From: a virus
Length of the DNA stretch: 64,000 nucleotides
IMG/VR virus record: IMGVR_UViG_3300029812_000193
Reading direction: 5' to 3' (one strand)
Within the stretch, counting starts at the first letter, position 1. Each line of letters starts with the position of its first letter. Shown here piece after piece: positions 21,057 through 30,283 of the stretch. The position numbers and the translations under genes were made by a program. The notes under the pieces are model-generated. The model was given only the letters and a program-made list of their open reading frames with translations, did no database searches and was not told the origin of the DNA.

Positions 21057-21663
21057 ATGCCACTTCCAACGTGTCATACATCAAGCAGATGTACGTTCTT
21101 TGTTCACTGCCCGTCAATCTATTCCACCACGCCGTTGCCTCAACTATGTCCGCCATCTCACGCCCTACCTTCGAGTTTTGCGTCTTTATAGAGTTCTGGA
21201 TAATTGGCCCTTCTGACTGCCTCTCTTAAGCTTATCCCGCCTCTCATTTTCAAATCTTCAATACGTCTTTTACGTCTCTCCTCTTGAACCTTGAGTATAT
21301 TTTCTATTTCGTCAGCCATCTACTTCACCTTCCAGTTCCTGTTTTTACAGCTTGGACACTCCTTCGGGTTGCCCTTGCGAGAATCCCATGAATATCCACA
21401 TTTTTTGCATTTCTGCTTCATAGTAATCATAATCATAATAGTCGCAACCCAATATAAATGTTTGGAATGGGGAACTGGTTGTACATGGCTTGTTCTCTAT
21501 TCACCCACGTGTGAGAAATCGGCTAATACACAACCAAACAATTGCAACGATGTCCCTTCCTGTGGCCACGCCTAACGTTGAAGCAGCGGCCCTTGTGTTT
21601 GTTGTGAATCTCGTCCAGAGTAAGCGTTTTCTGATACTTCCTGCAGTAGAATGTCATGATGGC

Positions 21664-22077
21664 TCACTCCAGCTTTTTAACTAGCTCAATCATCTTTCTC
21701 CAGTAATCCTGCTTAGTCCTGTACCACTCCGCATCCACTTCCTCCCACGTAATCTTGCCTTCGTTCTTCAATTTCATCAGTTCATCCCATTTTTCGGTGC
21801 ACGCAGAAGCCAACTCCTCCGCCTCTGGTTGATTGCCAACTTTGCTGTGTGCCACTAAAAAATCACCGTACAGCTTGGCCTTCTCCCTTTCCTTTGTTAC
21901 TTTTTCAAGCTCCCTTTTTGGTAGCATCGCATCTGACTTGCTACTTATCAGCTCAAGCACCAGCATCATGCTCTTTGTTTTCTCTCTAATCCTGTGCCTC
22001 AAGACACGCTGGTAGTTCTCGCTGAACTTGCTCGGCTCGTTAAGGAACTCCCACTCTCTGCGTGATAGGATTTTCAT
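21664..22077 (-). CDS. Hypothetical protein
   Basis: 137-aa charged helical ORF preceded by TTTATA and GAGG. Confidence 0.5.
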   Translation of the reverse strand: MKILSRREWEFLNEPSKFSENYQRVLRHRIREKTKSMMLVLELISSKSDAMLPKRELEKVTKEREKAKLYGDFLVAHSKVGNQPEAEELASACTEKWDELMKLKNEGKITWEEVDAEWYRTKQDYWRKMIELVKKLE

Positions 22078-22167
22078 GATATCCTCTTTCTAAGAGGACA
22101 GTATAAATGTTACGAAAAAGTTGTAATATTTAAGAGATAGGGGTCGTAGGAAAAGACATCTCTTGAG

Positions 22168-22800
22168 CTATGGGATTAATTTGTCCGCCCCAACATGTTC
22201 AGCCGCTTCGTTATAGACATCTATTGGGTCAAGCTTCTTTTTTAATTTATTATAGAGTTCCATGTCTTGCGGCATAACACAATAATAATCATATATTGAG
22301 CTCAATCTCGTTATTTTTTCACCCAGTTCTTTATCTGCATACGAATGAGAACGGGACGTGAAATCTACTACATCGCTTGTATCTTTATCACATGCACGCA
22401 ACTCTCGTTTATTATAATTGGTCTCTATGACTCGTGCAGTTATTTCCTCAAGGTGCCTGTCTGTTACGATGTTTGATATATTCTGCTTATATTTTTCTTC
22501 TCCAAGGGTGTCCCATAGTCTGCGACCCCTCTCGTCAAAGAAAGCGTGCACACCTTCGTGGATAGCATATTTAGGCTCTGTTAGATAGCATATTATTTCC
22601 TCTTCACTACTGGTATCACACGTACTGTTAAGTAATTCTGGGTCTACAACAAATTTGGTTTTCTTCAATCCCAGCAGACGTTTAACATCATCAAAGTCTT
22701 TTACGACACACTCTCCAGTATCCAGTAATCTGCCTCCAATCTTCTCGCAGGTTTCTGCGTCAATATATATCCCGTCTTCGCCAACTTGCCCCATCGTCAC
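22168..22800 (-). CDS. Zincin-like (HExxH) protein with an N-terminal two-Cys microdomain
   Basis: AIHEGVHAF plus downstream EEITAR; N-terminal DAETCEKIGGRLLDTGEC. Confidence 0.55.
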   Translation of the reverse strand: MTMGQVGEDGIYIDAETCEKIGGRLLDTGECVVKDFDDVKRLLGLKKTKFVVDPELLNSTCDTSSEEEIICYLTEPKYAIHEGVHAFFDERGRRLWDTLGEEKYKQNISNIVTDRHLEEITARVIETNYNKRELRACDKDTSDVVDFTSRSHSYADKELGEKITRLSSIYDYYCVMPQDMELYNKLKKKLDPIDVYNEAAEHVGADKLIP

Positions 22801-22957
22801 ATCCCTATAAAGACATCTTTATTATCGTATTTAAGCGTATCACGAAAAAACGCCAAATTTACAGCATAACCCTCTCAGTTACGACAAAGCCGTTTGAAAG
22901 AAGCCAGCAGGATGCTCTATTCGGGCTGTAAGAGGCATAATTTGAGCGTGTAGCACC

Positions 22958-23107
22958 TTACGAACGTTGCTCAAGAATAAAGAAAAAAACGGATGCTATC
23001 GCAGTACCAATAAGGGCACCGAGACCTCCGAGTCCTCCTATTACATCACCTAAAAGAAATCCAAGAGACGCTCCTGAAACTACACCTATCACATCCTCTG
23101 CTTTCAT
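22958..23107 (-). CDS. Glycine-zipper membrane peptide, 49 aa (not in the ORF track)
   Basis: MKAEDVIGVVSGASLGFLLGDVIGGLGGLGALIGTAIASVFFFILEQRS; GxxxG repeats; preceded by GGAGG. Confidence 0.5.
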   Translation of the reverse strand: MKAEDVIGVVSGASLGFLLGDVIGGLGGLGALIGTAIASVFFFILEQRS

Positions 23108-23450
23108 AATCCCTCCTACACTTAATCAATATACCTACTAGCCCTTGTTGACTTATTATCAACTTTTCTCACCCTTTATTTGTATCACTCACTTCTTCTT
23201 ATAATTATCCTTCACCCACGTGTGACATGTCATCTTCCGATGTACTTTTTCCTTATCTTAGACTCCTGACGGCTGAAGTAGCCCATGCTGATGAGAAGGC
23301 ACCCAATGCCACCCAGCAGTGCGATGCTGCACCAGAAGGATGGAAACAGCAGGATGACCGAAATGGCGATTGCTACTGCAATCGTCATCGTGCTTATGGT
23401 GTTCCTCCTGTCGTTTTCCTCAAACTCTTTTTCATACCGTTCCTTCAGCG

Positions 23451-23660
23451 TCATAATGTCTCCTTGGCACGCCCATACCGATAATATACCGCTCCACGAC
23501 TGACACGCATGATTTCTCCAATCTCTTTGAAACTTTTTTTCTCCTCGTCCTTTAGCTTCAAAGTCTCCCGTAATATACTCGTCGGTATTCTACAAGCGTT
23601 CTTTTTATGGCCAGGATGTACGTATTCCCTGAACGGTACGCCGTTGATTTTTATGACCAT
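23451..23660 (-). CDS. Small HTH protein (sigma region-4-like), paralog of 28545-28757
   Basis: KSFKEIGEIMRVSRGAVYYRYGRAK; shared N-terminus I.ING.P.REYV. Confidence 0.62.
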   Translation of the reverse strand: MVIKINGVPFREYVHPGHKKNACRIPTSILRETLKLKDEEKKSFKEIGEIMRVSRGAVYYRYGRAKETL

Positions 23661-24227
23661 CCTATCGCCTTGTCATCTGACTTCCGCATTTCGGGCAGGT
23701 CCGATTGTAACATGGGTTGCCACGTTTGTGTTTGACTTTGTACCCACAGTTCGGGCAGACGCAGTAGCCACCTGGACCCAGACCAAAACCACCCATTTTT
23801 CCTTGTCTGACCATTTTATCACCTCATCTGCGTTGGGACTGGGGAAAAGAGAACATCGTTCACAAGACGTTTCTTTAATCCAACCCCGAATCCGCTAAGG
23901 TTATCTAAGTCGGTCAGGACATGCAAAATCATCGCACCAAGCACATATCCTCTTGCACCCCAATCTCCTATTCGCCATTTCACACCTCCAAGGGACAATT
24001 AAGACATCCAAGACTGCTATTTTCACAATTATACGCTTCTTTTTTAGTGTGACCATTCAATTTAGCAGTTGTAACGCAGGCTTCTATCCGCTCTCTCACT
24101 TTCTCGGCGAGTTTTTCTATAAAGTCCTCGTCGTTTACCAGTTTAGGTGTAAAGAACTTTCCTATCCAATCCTTCAACATCTTGGCACATTTGTCGAACA
24201 TATCCTACCTACACTGTGTTTATATTA

Positions 24228-24364
24228 GGCGGTAGGGGGGATTTGAACCCCCGACATTACGGTCTGCCTTAGTCGGTTCATGACTCCGACCTTGCGAACT
24301 TTACATCTAGCTGAATGCTGCACGACCCATTTTTCGTGCTTGCTCGCACCTGACCTACTACCGC
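24228..24364 (-). ncRNA. Enlarged tRNA-like RNA (137 nt), possibly intron-containing or non-canonical
   Basis: Perfect acceptor stem GCGGTAG/CTACCGC, T arm GGGGG-TTCAAAT-CCCCC, TA at positions 8-9, internal hairpins. Confidence 0.55.
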
Positions 24365-24874
24365 TTCAACTACCTTTTCTCGATTTTCTTCTCCCACTGC
24401 TTTTCGCACTTCTCGGAGCAGTAGCCAGCCGCAACGTCTCCAAACTCTTCGGTGTACTTCACACCGCACCACACGCAACGCATTTTATTCCTTCTGAATC
24501 TCTACTTTCACTCGCTTTTCTTTTAGCTTCCTTGGTAAATGTGGCAGGTTTATCCTGAGAATGCCCTTTGGGAAGACTGTTTTGATGTCGGAAGTATCCT
24601 CTGCAACCAATCTTTGATATTCTTCTTTAGATATTGGCTCTCCCTTTGGTCGCCTGAGTGCCCCTACGTTCATTTCTTTTTCCTCGTTGATTCTAACGAC
24701 TCTATTCTTTTCTCCACCTTGGCTAAATAGTTTACGAGCTTATCCGTGTCAAGTTTGTCAATGCCGAAGGTGTACATGTTGGCTTTCATGATTTCTAATT
24801 TGATTCTCTTGTGTCTTTCCGTTTCCATCATTTATCACCTCGTTTCCTTCATTTCACCTTTACTTAGTTAGGTT

Positions 24875-25333
24875 TTACTTAGTTAGGTATATCTCTCCAA
24901 GAATCCTTCTGACGGTGGCCTCGTGCAACCCCGTTCTCTTCACTACCTCCGCTGGTTCGCGGTATCCTTCTTTAATCGCCTCTCTAACTTTGGATACGTT
25001 ATTCCTGTGCCGTTTCTTGCTGGCTTGCCTCACCTCGATTGGTACATTCCTTAGCAGTTCGTAGTGCATCTTGACGGCTTCATCCAAGTGTTGGGGCAGA
25101 TACAAGACTCCACTCCTAGCCCTCTCTGATTTAGACGGGCACTCCTTAAGCAGTATATTTCGCCTTCTGATTAACACCCCCAGCACGTCTCCAGCCGCAT
25201 GTCTGGTAATATCGTACTCCTCCACGACCTGATTGTGGATTGTCCCGTAAGGTATAGGGCCTGCTGATAGCTGTCGCTGTATATTCACAGCCAGCTCGTT
25301 CAGCAGCTCTTCATCCTTTATTGTCGACTTCAT
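24875..25333 (-). CDS. Winged-helix/HTH DNA-binding protein
   Basis: C-terminal EPAEVVKRTGLHEATVRRIL; start revised to ATG 25333. Confidence 0.55.
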   Translation of the reverse strand: MKSTIKDEELLNELAVNIQRQLSAGPIPYGTIHNQVVEEYDITRHAAGDVLGVLIRRRNILLKECPSKSERARSGVLYLPQHLDEAVKMHYELLRNVPIEVRQASKKRHRNNVSKVREAIKEGYREPAEVVKRTGLHEATVRRILGEIYLTK

Positions 25334-25998
25334 TTCTTTTCCTTGAACAAGTACGCCACCGCAAGCAGGCACACAACCGCAAGCGTAGCCCCGAACCCTG
25401 GCATCCTTCTAATGGACTCGATGAGCGACACTGGTGTAGGAGTTGGTGTAACTGTTGGTACAACTGTTGGTGTAACTGTCGGAGTCACGGTCGGTGTAAC
25501 AGTTGGCGTAGGAGTCGGACTCGGCGTGGGCGTTGGTGCAGCCCTGCGGCCTCCCCCGACTGACAGTGCCCGATAGACCATGACCTTCGACGACCATATC
25601 TCCACCGTGATGTCATATGTATCTGGCAAGATATTAGGTAAAGATGATACGCTTATCCTGAGGTCGTGCTCTCCCGCCTCGATTTGACATTCGTCTATGC
25701 TGAAATTGCCCGCACTGACTTCGGGGCAGTTGATTTTGTCGCCGTCCAGCGTTACGCTGACGAACCACTCACTCTCGTTAATTTGGGAGTGTATGATGCT
25801 TAAGTTTGCCTGTATTGGAACACTATGTGTACTACTGAATGTGTAATGTGCTTCATACGTTGAACCAGCGACCATCGAGAATGATTCTGGAAATCCATCC
25901 GTATCATTAAAGTTCTGTATCGCCCAGACCTCTGCGGACGCGGCAACCCCGCTCAGCAGCAACAGTGATACGATTCCAATTATGAGTGTGTTCTTCAT
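25330..25998 (-). CDS. Secreted surface protein with PGF-CTERM anchor
   Basis: Signal peptide, beta-rich domain, PT linker, MPGFGATLAVVCLLAVAYLFKEKK. Confidence 0.82.
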   Translation of the reverse strand: MKNTLIIGIVSLLLLSGVAASAEVWAIQNFNDTDGFPESFSMVAGSTYEAHYTFSSTHSVPIQANLSIIHSQINESEWFVSVTLDGDKINCPEVSAGNFSIDECQIEAGEHDLRISVSSLPNILPDTYDITVEIWSSKVMVYRALSVGGGRRAAPTPTPSPTPTPTVTPTVTPTVTPTVVPTVTPTPTPVSLIESIRRMPGFGATLAVVCLLAVAYLFKEKK

Positions 25999-26229
25999 TT
26001 TTATTCCTCAATCTCCTTTTTTATTTGCTTAATCGCTTCGAGTGGGTCGAGGCGATGAAACTTCCACTCATCAACTATTTTCTCTATGCGAGACATCTTT
26101 AATGTGTGCTTTTCCCATAGTTCCTTAAACTTTGTTTTTTCTTCCATCTTTTACCTCTGCCCCCTCTTGGATTTCAACCGAGCAGGGGACAAATAAAATG
26201 GGAAGGGGCGTAAGCCCCTCCTTGTTTGT

Positions 26230-27078
26230 TTATACTACTGGTTCTACTGTCGTGGTGATTGTGCACTCAGCTGGTGTCAAAGCAACATTGAAGTCGGTCA
26301 CGATGTTGAAGCCCAAAGTCTGCCCTGGGTACACCGTTATTATACCATCTTTGTTGTACTGAATCAGCGCTGTTTCAAAGTAGAACTCGCTTGCTCGACC
26401 CCAGTCAATGTTTCCATCCTGGATTGCACTCTCTGGTATATACCATAGTTTTGCTCCGTGAGGAGTCACATACTCATTAGAGTAGTCGTTCGCTCCGCCT
26501 TCTGCGTTCTCATCGTCTGAGTATGGCAGGTTACCATCTACTTCGCTCACAGGGATTCCCTTTGAATAGTTGTTGAATCTGTCAACATCGTCAGCATAGT
26601 AGATTAGTGTATATCCGACTATTGGCTCTTTGACTTCTGCTGAAAACACGTCACCTACGATGGTGTAGCTTACTGTCACGTTCTCTGCATTTTCTGGAAT
26701 AACCCATGGTGCACTTCCGAAGACAACTGTCTTCTGTGTTAGTGTAAGTTCTCCCACATAGGTAGTTGTGATTCCTTCCCCATCGGGTGAATATGTCGTG
26801 TTTAACCTCACCGTCGCTGGAACCTCTGCTCGATTTTTCAATGTATGTGCACTTATGACTGAACTCCCTGCTACTATTGTGTTGTTATAGACTGTCTCTT
26901 GTGTATAGTTTTTTCCGTCAACCAGCACCGATTGTGCCACATCAACGGTTCCTGTTATCTTCCCGTAGTAGTTCAGCAACGCTGCTCCCGCAATCCCTGC
27001 CGTGAGCACCATCAGGATGATGGCTATCACTGGAATTGACTTGCCGAATGCGTTTATTTTCTTCTCTCTTAGTTTCAC
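26230..27078 (-). CDS. Secreted beta-rich protein, possibly a TasA/CalY/bundling-pilin-like fibre subunit
   Basis: Basic N-region plus hydrophobic signal, then a long N-terminal beta strand (ALLNYYGKITGTVDV) and C-terminal strand ITTTVEPV; fibre role is inferred. Confidence 0.5.
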   Translation of the reverse strand: MKLREKKINAFGKSIPVIAIILMVLTAGIAGAALLNYYGKITGTVDVAQSVLVDGKNYTQETVYNNTIVAGSSVISAHTLKNRAEVPATVRLNTTYSPDGEGITTTYVGELTLTQKTVVFGSAPWVIPENAENVTVSYTIVGDVFSAEVKEPIVGYTLIYYADDVDRFNNYSKGIPVSEVDGNLPYSDDENAEGGANDYSNEYVTPHGAKLWYIPESAIQDGNIDWGRASEFYFETALIQYNKDGIITVYPGQTLGFNIVTDFNVALTPAECTITTTVEPVV

Positions 27079-27099
27079 TATTTATCCTCCGTTTTGTTT

Positions 27100-27240
27100 A
27101 CTCCGTCCCACATAGGACGGGCAATGCCCCTGTAGGTTTGGCCCATGCAGGAGCTGTCCCCTTTCACGGACGCTGGGGGGAAAAGCAGAATGGTAAGTAA
27201 AACTGCCCCGCTCGTGCAATAAGCGCCCAGCGTCCATCGT
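27100..27240 (-). ncRNA. Structured intergenic or leader RNA candidate
   Basis: Three consecutive stems including a perfect 10-bp GGACGCTGGG/CCCAGCGTCC. Confidence 0.45.
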
Positions 27241-27245
27241 GGGGG

Positions 27246-27575
27246 TCATTCCTTGACAGTCGTATTGTCCTCGACTGTCGCGTTACCACCGTGATGCTGC
27301 CCGCGGTGCTGCCACGTGATATGCACGTCGATGCTGGTGTGGCACGCTACGCACGCCTCGTTGCCGCCCTCCAGCAGGTCTGATGCCTCCGCGCTTTCTA
27401 TGAAATTCCCGTGCTTTTTGTGGATGTTGCAGGTGCATCCACAGCACTTATCATGGCACTTGCCGCACTCCACATCTGTATAGCGGTGCATTCCAGATAT
27501 TAGCGGGTACGCGTCTGGCAGGGCGAACAGCCCTATCGCCAGCACCGCGAACGCCAACACTATTGCCCTTTTCAT
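27246..27575 (-). CDS. Shortened multiheme cytochrome c paralog (2 intact CxxCH)
   Basis: Signal peptide; CGKCH and CVACH; C-terminus NEACVACHTSIDVHITW matches the neighbour. Confidence 0.72.
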   Translation of the reverse strand: MKRAIVLAFAVLAIGLFALPDAYPLISGMHRYTDVECGKCHDKCCGCTCNIHKKHGNFIESAEASDLLEGGNEACVACHTSIDVHITWQHRGQHHGGNATVEDNTTVKE

Positions 27576-27597
27576 CTCTCTGTCAACTACCTGATTC

Positions 27598-28155
27598 TTA
27601 TGGGTACGTCGCGTAGGTCACGTTCTCGCCCTCGAGGGTGAAGTCGTCGACGATGGCGTCGCTCCTGTGGTCCCAGGTGAAGGCCATGCCCTCTGCCCTG
27701 AACCACGTGATGTTCACGCCAGCGTGAGTGTGGCATGCAATGCAGGCCTCGTTGGCTTCCTCGTGCAATGTGCCGTTGGTTGCCGCCTCGGCGAACTCCG
27801 TGTGTGCTTCATGCTCGCTGCCCAGCTCTCCTATGATAGTGGAGTGACAGAATGTACATGGAAGCGTCACCGCCGCGTGCCCTTCCTCTCCTTCTGGAGT
27901 GTGTTCCTTGTCATGGCAGTTCTTGCACGCATCGTTTGCTGTGTTTCCCCATGCGCTTGGCAACGTCCCTCCGATGTTGTGGTGGTACGTCGATGATGCC
28001 AGTTCGTCCGCCTCAGCTGGGTGGCACTTGACGCACATCGTGTCCTCCGTTTCAATGAACGCGTGCTGCCCCGCGATTATCGAAACCACCGACGGCATCA
28101 CGAACAATCCTATCGCCAGCACTGCAACCACCAACGCGATTGTCTTATTTTTCAT
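27598..28155 (-). CDS. Secreted tetraheme cytochrome c
   Basis: Signal peptide; CVKCH, CKNCH, CTFCH, CIACH plus extra His residues; start ATG 28155 after GGAGGTGA. Confidence 0.9.
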   Translation of the reverse strand: MKNKTIALVVAVLAIGLFVMPSVVSIIAGQHAFIETEDTMCVKCHPAEADELASSTYHHNIGGTLPSAWGNTANDACKNCHDKEHTPEGEEGHAAVTLPCTFCHSTIIGELGSEHEAHTEFAEAATNGTLHEEANEACIACHTHAGVNITWFRAEGMAFTWDHRSDAIVDDFTLEGENVTYATYP

Positions 28156-28163
28156 TTTGCTTC

Positions 28164-28298
28164 TCACCTCCCTTTACTTTTTATCTCTTCTCTGATAAGC
28201 TTTCTGACCCATTTATTTAACTCCAGCTCCTCCCTATCTGCTATCAAAACAGCTTCCCTATGTTCTTTATCCGACAGATAAATGCTAATTGAAGGCAT
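28164..28298 (-). CDS. Ribbon-helix-helix (CopG-like) protein
   Basis: MPSISIYLSDKEHREAVLIADREELELNKWVRKLIREEI. Confidence 0.68.
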   Translation of the reverse strand: MPSISIYLSDKEHREAVLIADREELELNKWVRKLIREEIKSKGR

Positions 28299-28544
28299 AT
28301 AGTTCAACATATTATTATGTTGAAACATAAACTTTGTGGTCAGAAGTGATTTACTTCGCCACCCCAACCATCAGTGGCACTATCGGCGGTGCATCCGCCT
28401 TCACGTACCCTGTTCTCCTGAGCGTCTTAAATATTTCCTTCGTCGTGGTCAGTTGCCTGTCTTGGTCGTCGTAGAAGTGCACGCCCGCATCTAATGCCTG
28501 CTGGTACATCAGGTTCAGCAGTATCGCCCCGTCGATTTTGTCTT

Positions 28545-28757
28545 TCATCGGCACCCCAGCACCCTTCTCGCCCTGTACAACCTGCTCGCTGCACCCTCTT
28601 TTGTGAGCCCCCACATTCTCGCCATCTCCGAGAGGCTGTGCGTTTCCTTCAGCCGCAGAGCATCCTCGTAAACCCCTTTTGGTAATTTGTTATGACTTCG
28701 CCAATTCCCTCTTTTGACGTATTCCCTGATGGGTTTTCCGTTAATAATTATGGTCAT
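28545..28757 (-). CDS. Small HTH protein, paralog of 23451-23660
   Basis: HSLSEMARMWGLTKEGAASRLYRAR. Confidence 0.62.
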   Translation of the reverse strand: MTIIINGKPIREYVKRGNWRSHNKLPKGVYEDALRLKETHSLSEMARMWGLTKEGAASRLYRARRVLGCR

Positions 28758-28899
28758 CTTCGTATCACCCTGCTAACCATCGTAAAGTCTTCAATTTCTC
28801 CGCACACTGGGCAGAACGCCATGATGACTGGCTCTATGACGTTTTCTGAACACTCGAACTCCTGTCTGGTTCCGCACCCCGTGCAAATGTAGAGTCGTT

Positions 28900-29145
28900 T
28901 CAATCCAGCCACCTGTACCGCATCACTTTCCACATAGCGTCCAGTACTTCCTGTATTGACATATCGTTAAGTTCGCATAGCGTATCCAACAACTCATCCC
29001 GCGGGCTCTGCCCTTCAAATCCGTCAAATCCATCATCTACGGCAATCTGGTCCGTAAAGTCCCGTCCGTACATTCTGGCAATCATTTTAATCGTGACCTG
29101 TCCTAGTGGTTTTCTCTTTTTAGACCTCGGCTTCCACCATGCGTT
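28900..29145 (-). pseudogene. C-terminal fragment of an ASCH-like protein, truncated by the TnpB element
   Basis: WWKPRSKKRKPLGQVTI...DDGFDG resembles the ASCH C-terminal half; the frame runs into the IS right end. Confidence 0.45.
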
Positions 29146-30283
29146 CTGACGTACTCCCACGACTGAAGTTCGTGGGGTTCTGAGGTTAGCAGGGGGTTCA
29201 TGCCAGTGCCTCTCTGGGAGCATCAGTGCTACCCTTTGCCAAATCTCTGTCTTTGACAAATCGAGATATGCCGTTTTGGTACGCAAACGCTATGTTAAAC
29301 CCTGCGTTCACGTCGGCATTCTCAACTTTTCCACATTGTTTGCAGTGGAAAAGTTTTCCGTTTCTGTTTGCTGGTTCTATATGACCACACACACAGCATC
29401 GTTGGCTGGTGTACTGTGGTTCGATGTAGAACACGGGTATCCCCTGCTTTTTGGCTTTGTATTCTATCATCTGCTTGAGTTGATAGAAACTCCAAGAGTT
29501 CAGGGAGTACCTCTGCTGTTTCCTTGACTTTGCCGTTTTAGGTATGTCCTTCAATCCCTCAAGGACAATACCCGCCTTTTGCTTCACGCACTCCTCTATG
29601 AGCTTTTTGCTACAATGGTGGTTCAGGTTTTTGATTATCCTGCTTTCCCTGTTTTTTATCCGCTTCACCAAACCATACTTGCCCTGTTTTTGCAGTTTCT
29701 TCCTGATATGCTTGTATTTCTGGTGAATGTGATGTGCTGACTTTCCGAGTTTCAGCACTTTTCCAGTGGTTGGGTTTGATGCAACAAGACAATGCCCTTT
29801 GGTGTTGCGGTCAACGCCATATACTGAGGTTGGACTGATTGTGGGTGGCTCATCATAGCTCACTGATATGTAGGCGAACTCCTTGCCTATCTCTACTTGG
29901 TTGATTTTCTTGAAACCCTCTGGGAAGTAGATTGGTAGTTGGAGTTTAAGGCAGGCGATACGCACCTGGTTGTCTTTGACCTTGATGCTTTGAGACGGTA
30001 CTGTCAGCTTGATAGATTTTGCCTTTTTGACTGTCTTGCTTGATGAATACTTTTTGAGAATCTGGTTGCTGATGGCTGATTTCAAGCCGATGTGTTTGAC
30101 ATCGGCACTGCTTCTGGATTTAGTCTTGACTGCATATTCGGCTACCTTTTTGGCGAGCTTCAATTCATGGCTGAAATCCTGCCCGTGCCTGATTTTGTAG
30201 GTTAGTATCATCGTCCCTTTTGCTCCTCGATGTACTTCTTGATTGTGTCCTCTGATATGTGCCCTACGCTCTCGCAGTACAGA
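29146..30283 (-). mobile_element. Left-truncated IS200/IS605-type element (tnpA remnant, tnpB, right end)
   Basis: Right-end hairpin CCCCACGAACTTCAGTCGTGGG followed by AGTACGTCAG; tnpA tail YCESVGHISEDTIKKYIEEQK overlaps the tnpB start. Confidence 0.8.
29198..30211 (-). CDS. tnpB: TnpB RNA-guided endonuclease (337 aa)
   Basis: RuvC GVDRN, IVLEGL, NADVNAGFNI; Zn finger CCVCG/CKQCG; start revised to ATG 30211. Confidence 0.92.
   Translation of the reverse strand: MILTYKIRHGQDFSHELKLAKKVAEYAVKTKSRSSADVKHIGLKSAISNQILKKYSSSKTVKKAKSIKLTVPSQSIKVKDNQVRIACLKLQLPIYFPEGFKKINQVEIGKEFAYISVSYDEPPTISPTSVYGVDRNTKGHCLVASNPTTGKVLKLGKSAHHIHQKYKHIRKKLQKQGKYGLVKRIKNRESRIIKNLNHHCSKKLIEECVKQKAGIVLEGLKDIPKTAKSRKQQRYSLNSWSFYQLKQMIEYKAKKQGIPVFYIEPQYTSQRCCVCGHIEPANRNGKLFHCKQCGKVENADVNAGFNIAFAYQNGISRFVKDRDLAKGSTDAPREALA

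Noticed and set aside
24228-24364. tRNA-Sec interpretation of the tRNA-like RNA
   Set aside because: TCA is not in a canonical 7-nt loop, there is no 9-bp acceptor pairing and the discriminator is not G
24485-24673. Hsp20-like fragment (FPKGILRINLP)
   Set aside because: Too short for an alpha-crystallin domain, with only one matching motif
28900-29286. 128-aa ORF as an intact gene
   Set aside because: Its N-terminal 46 aa or so are read from the IS right end; only the C-terminal part looks genuine
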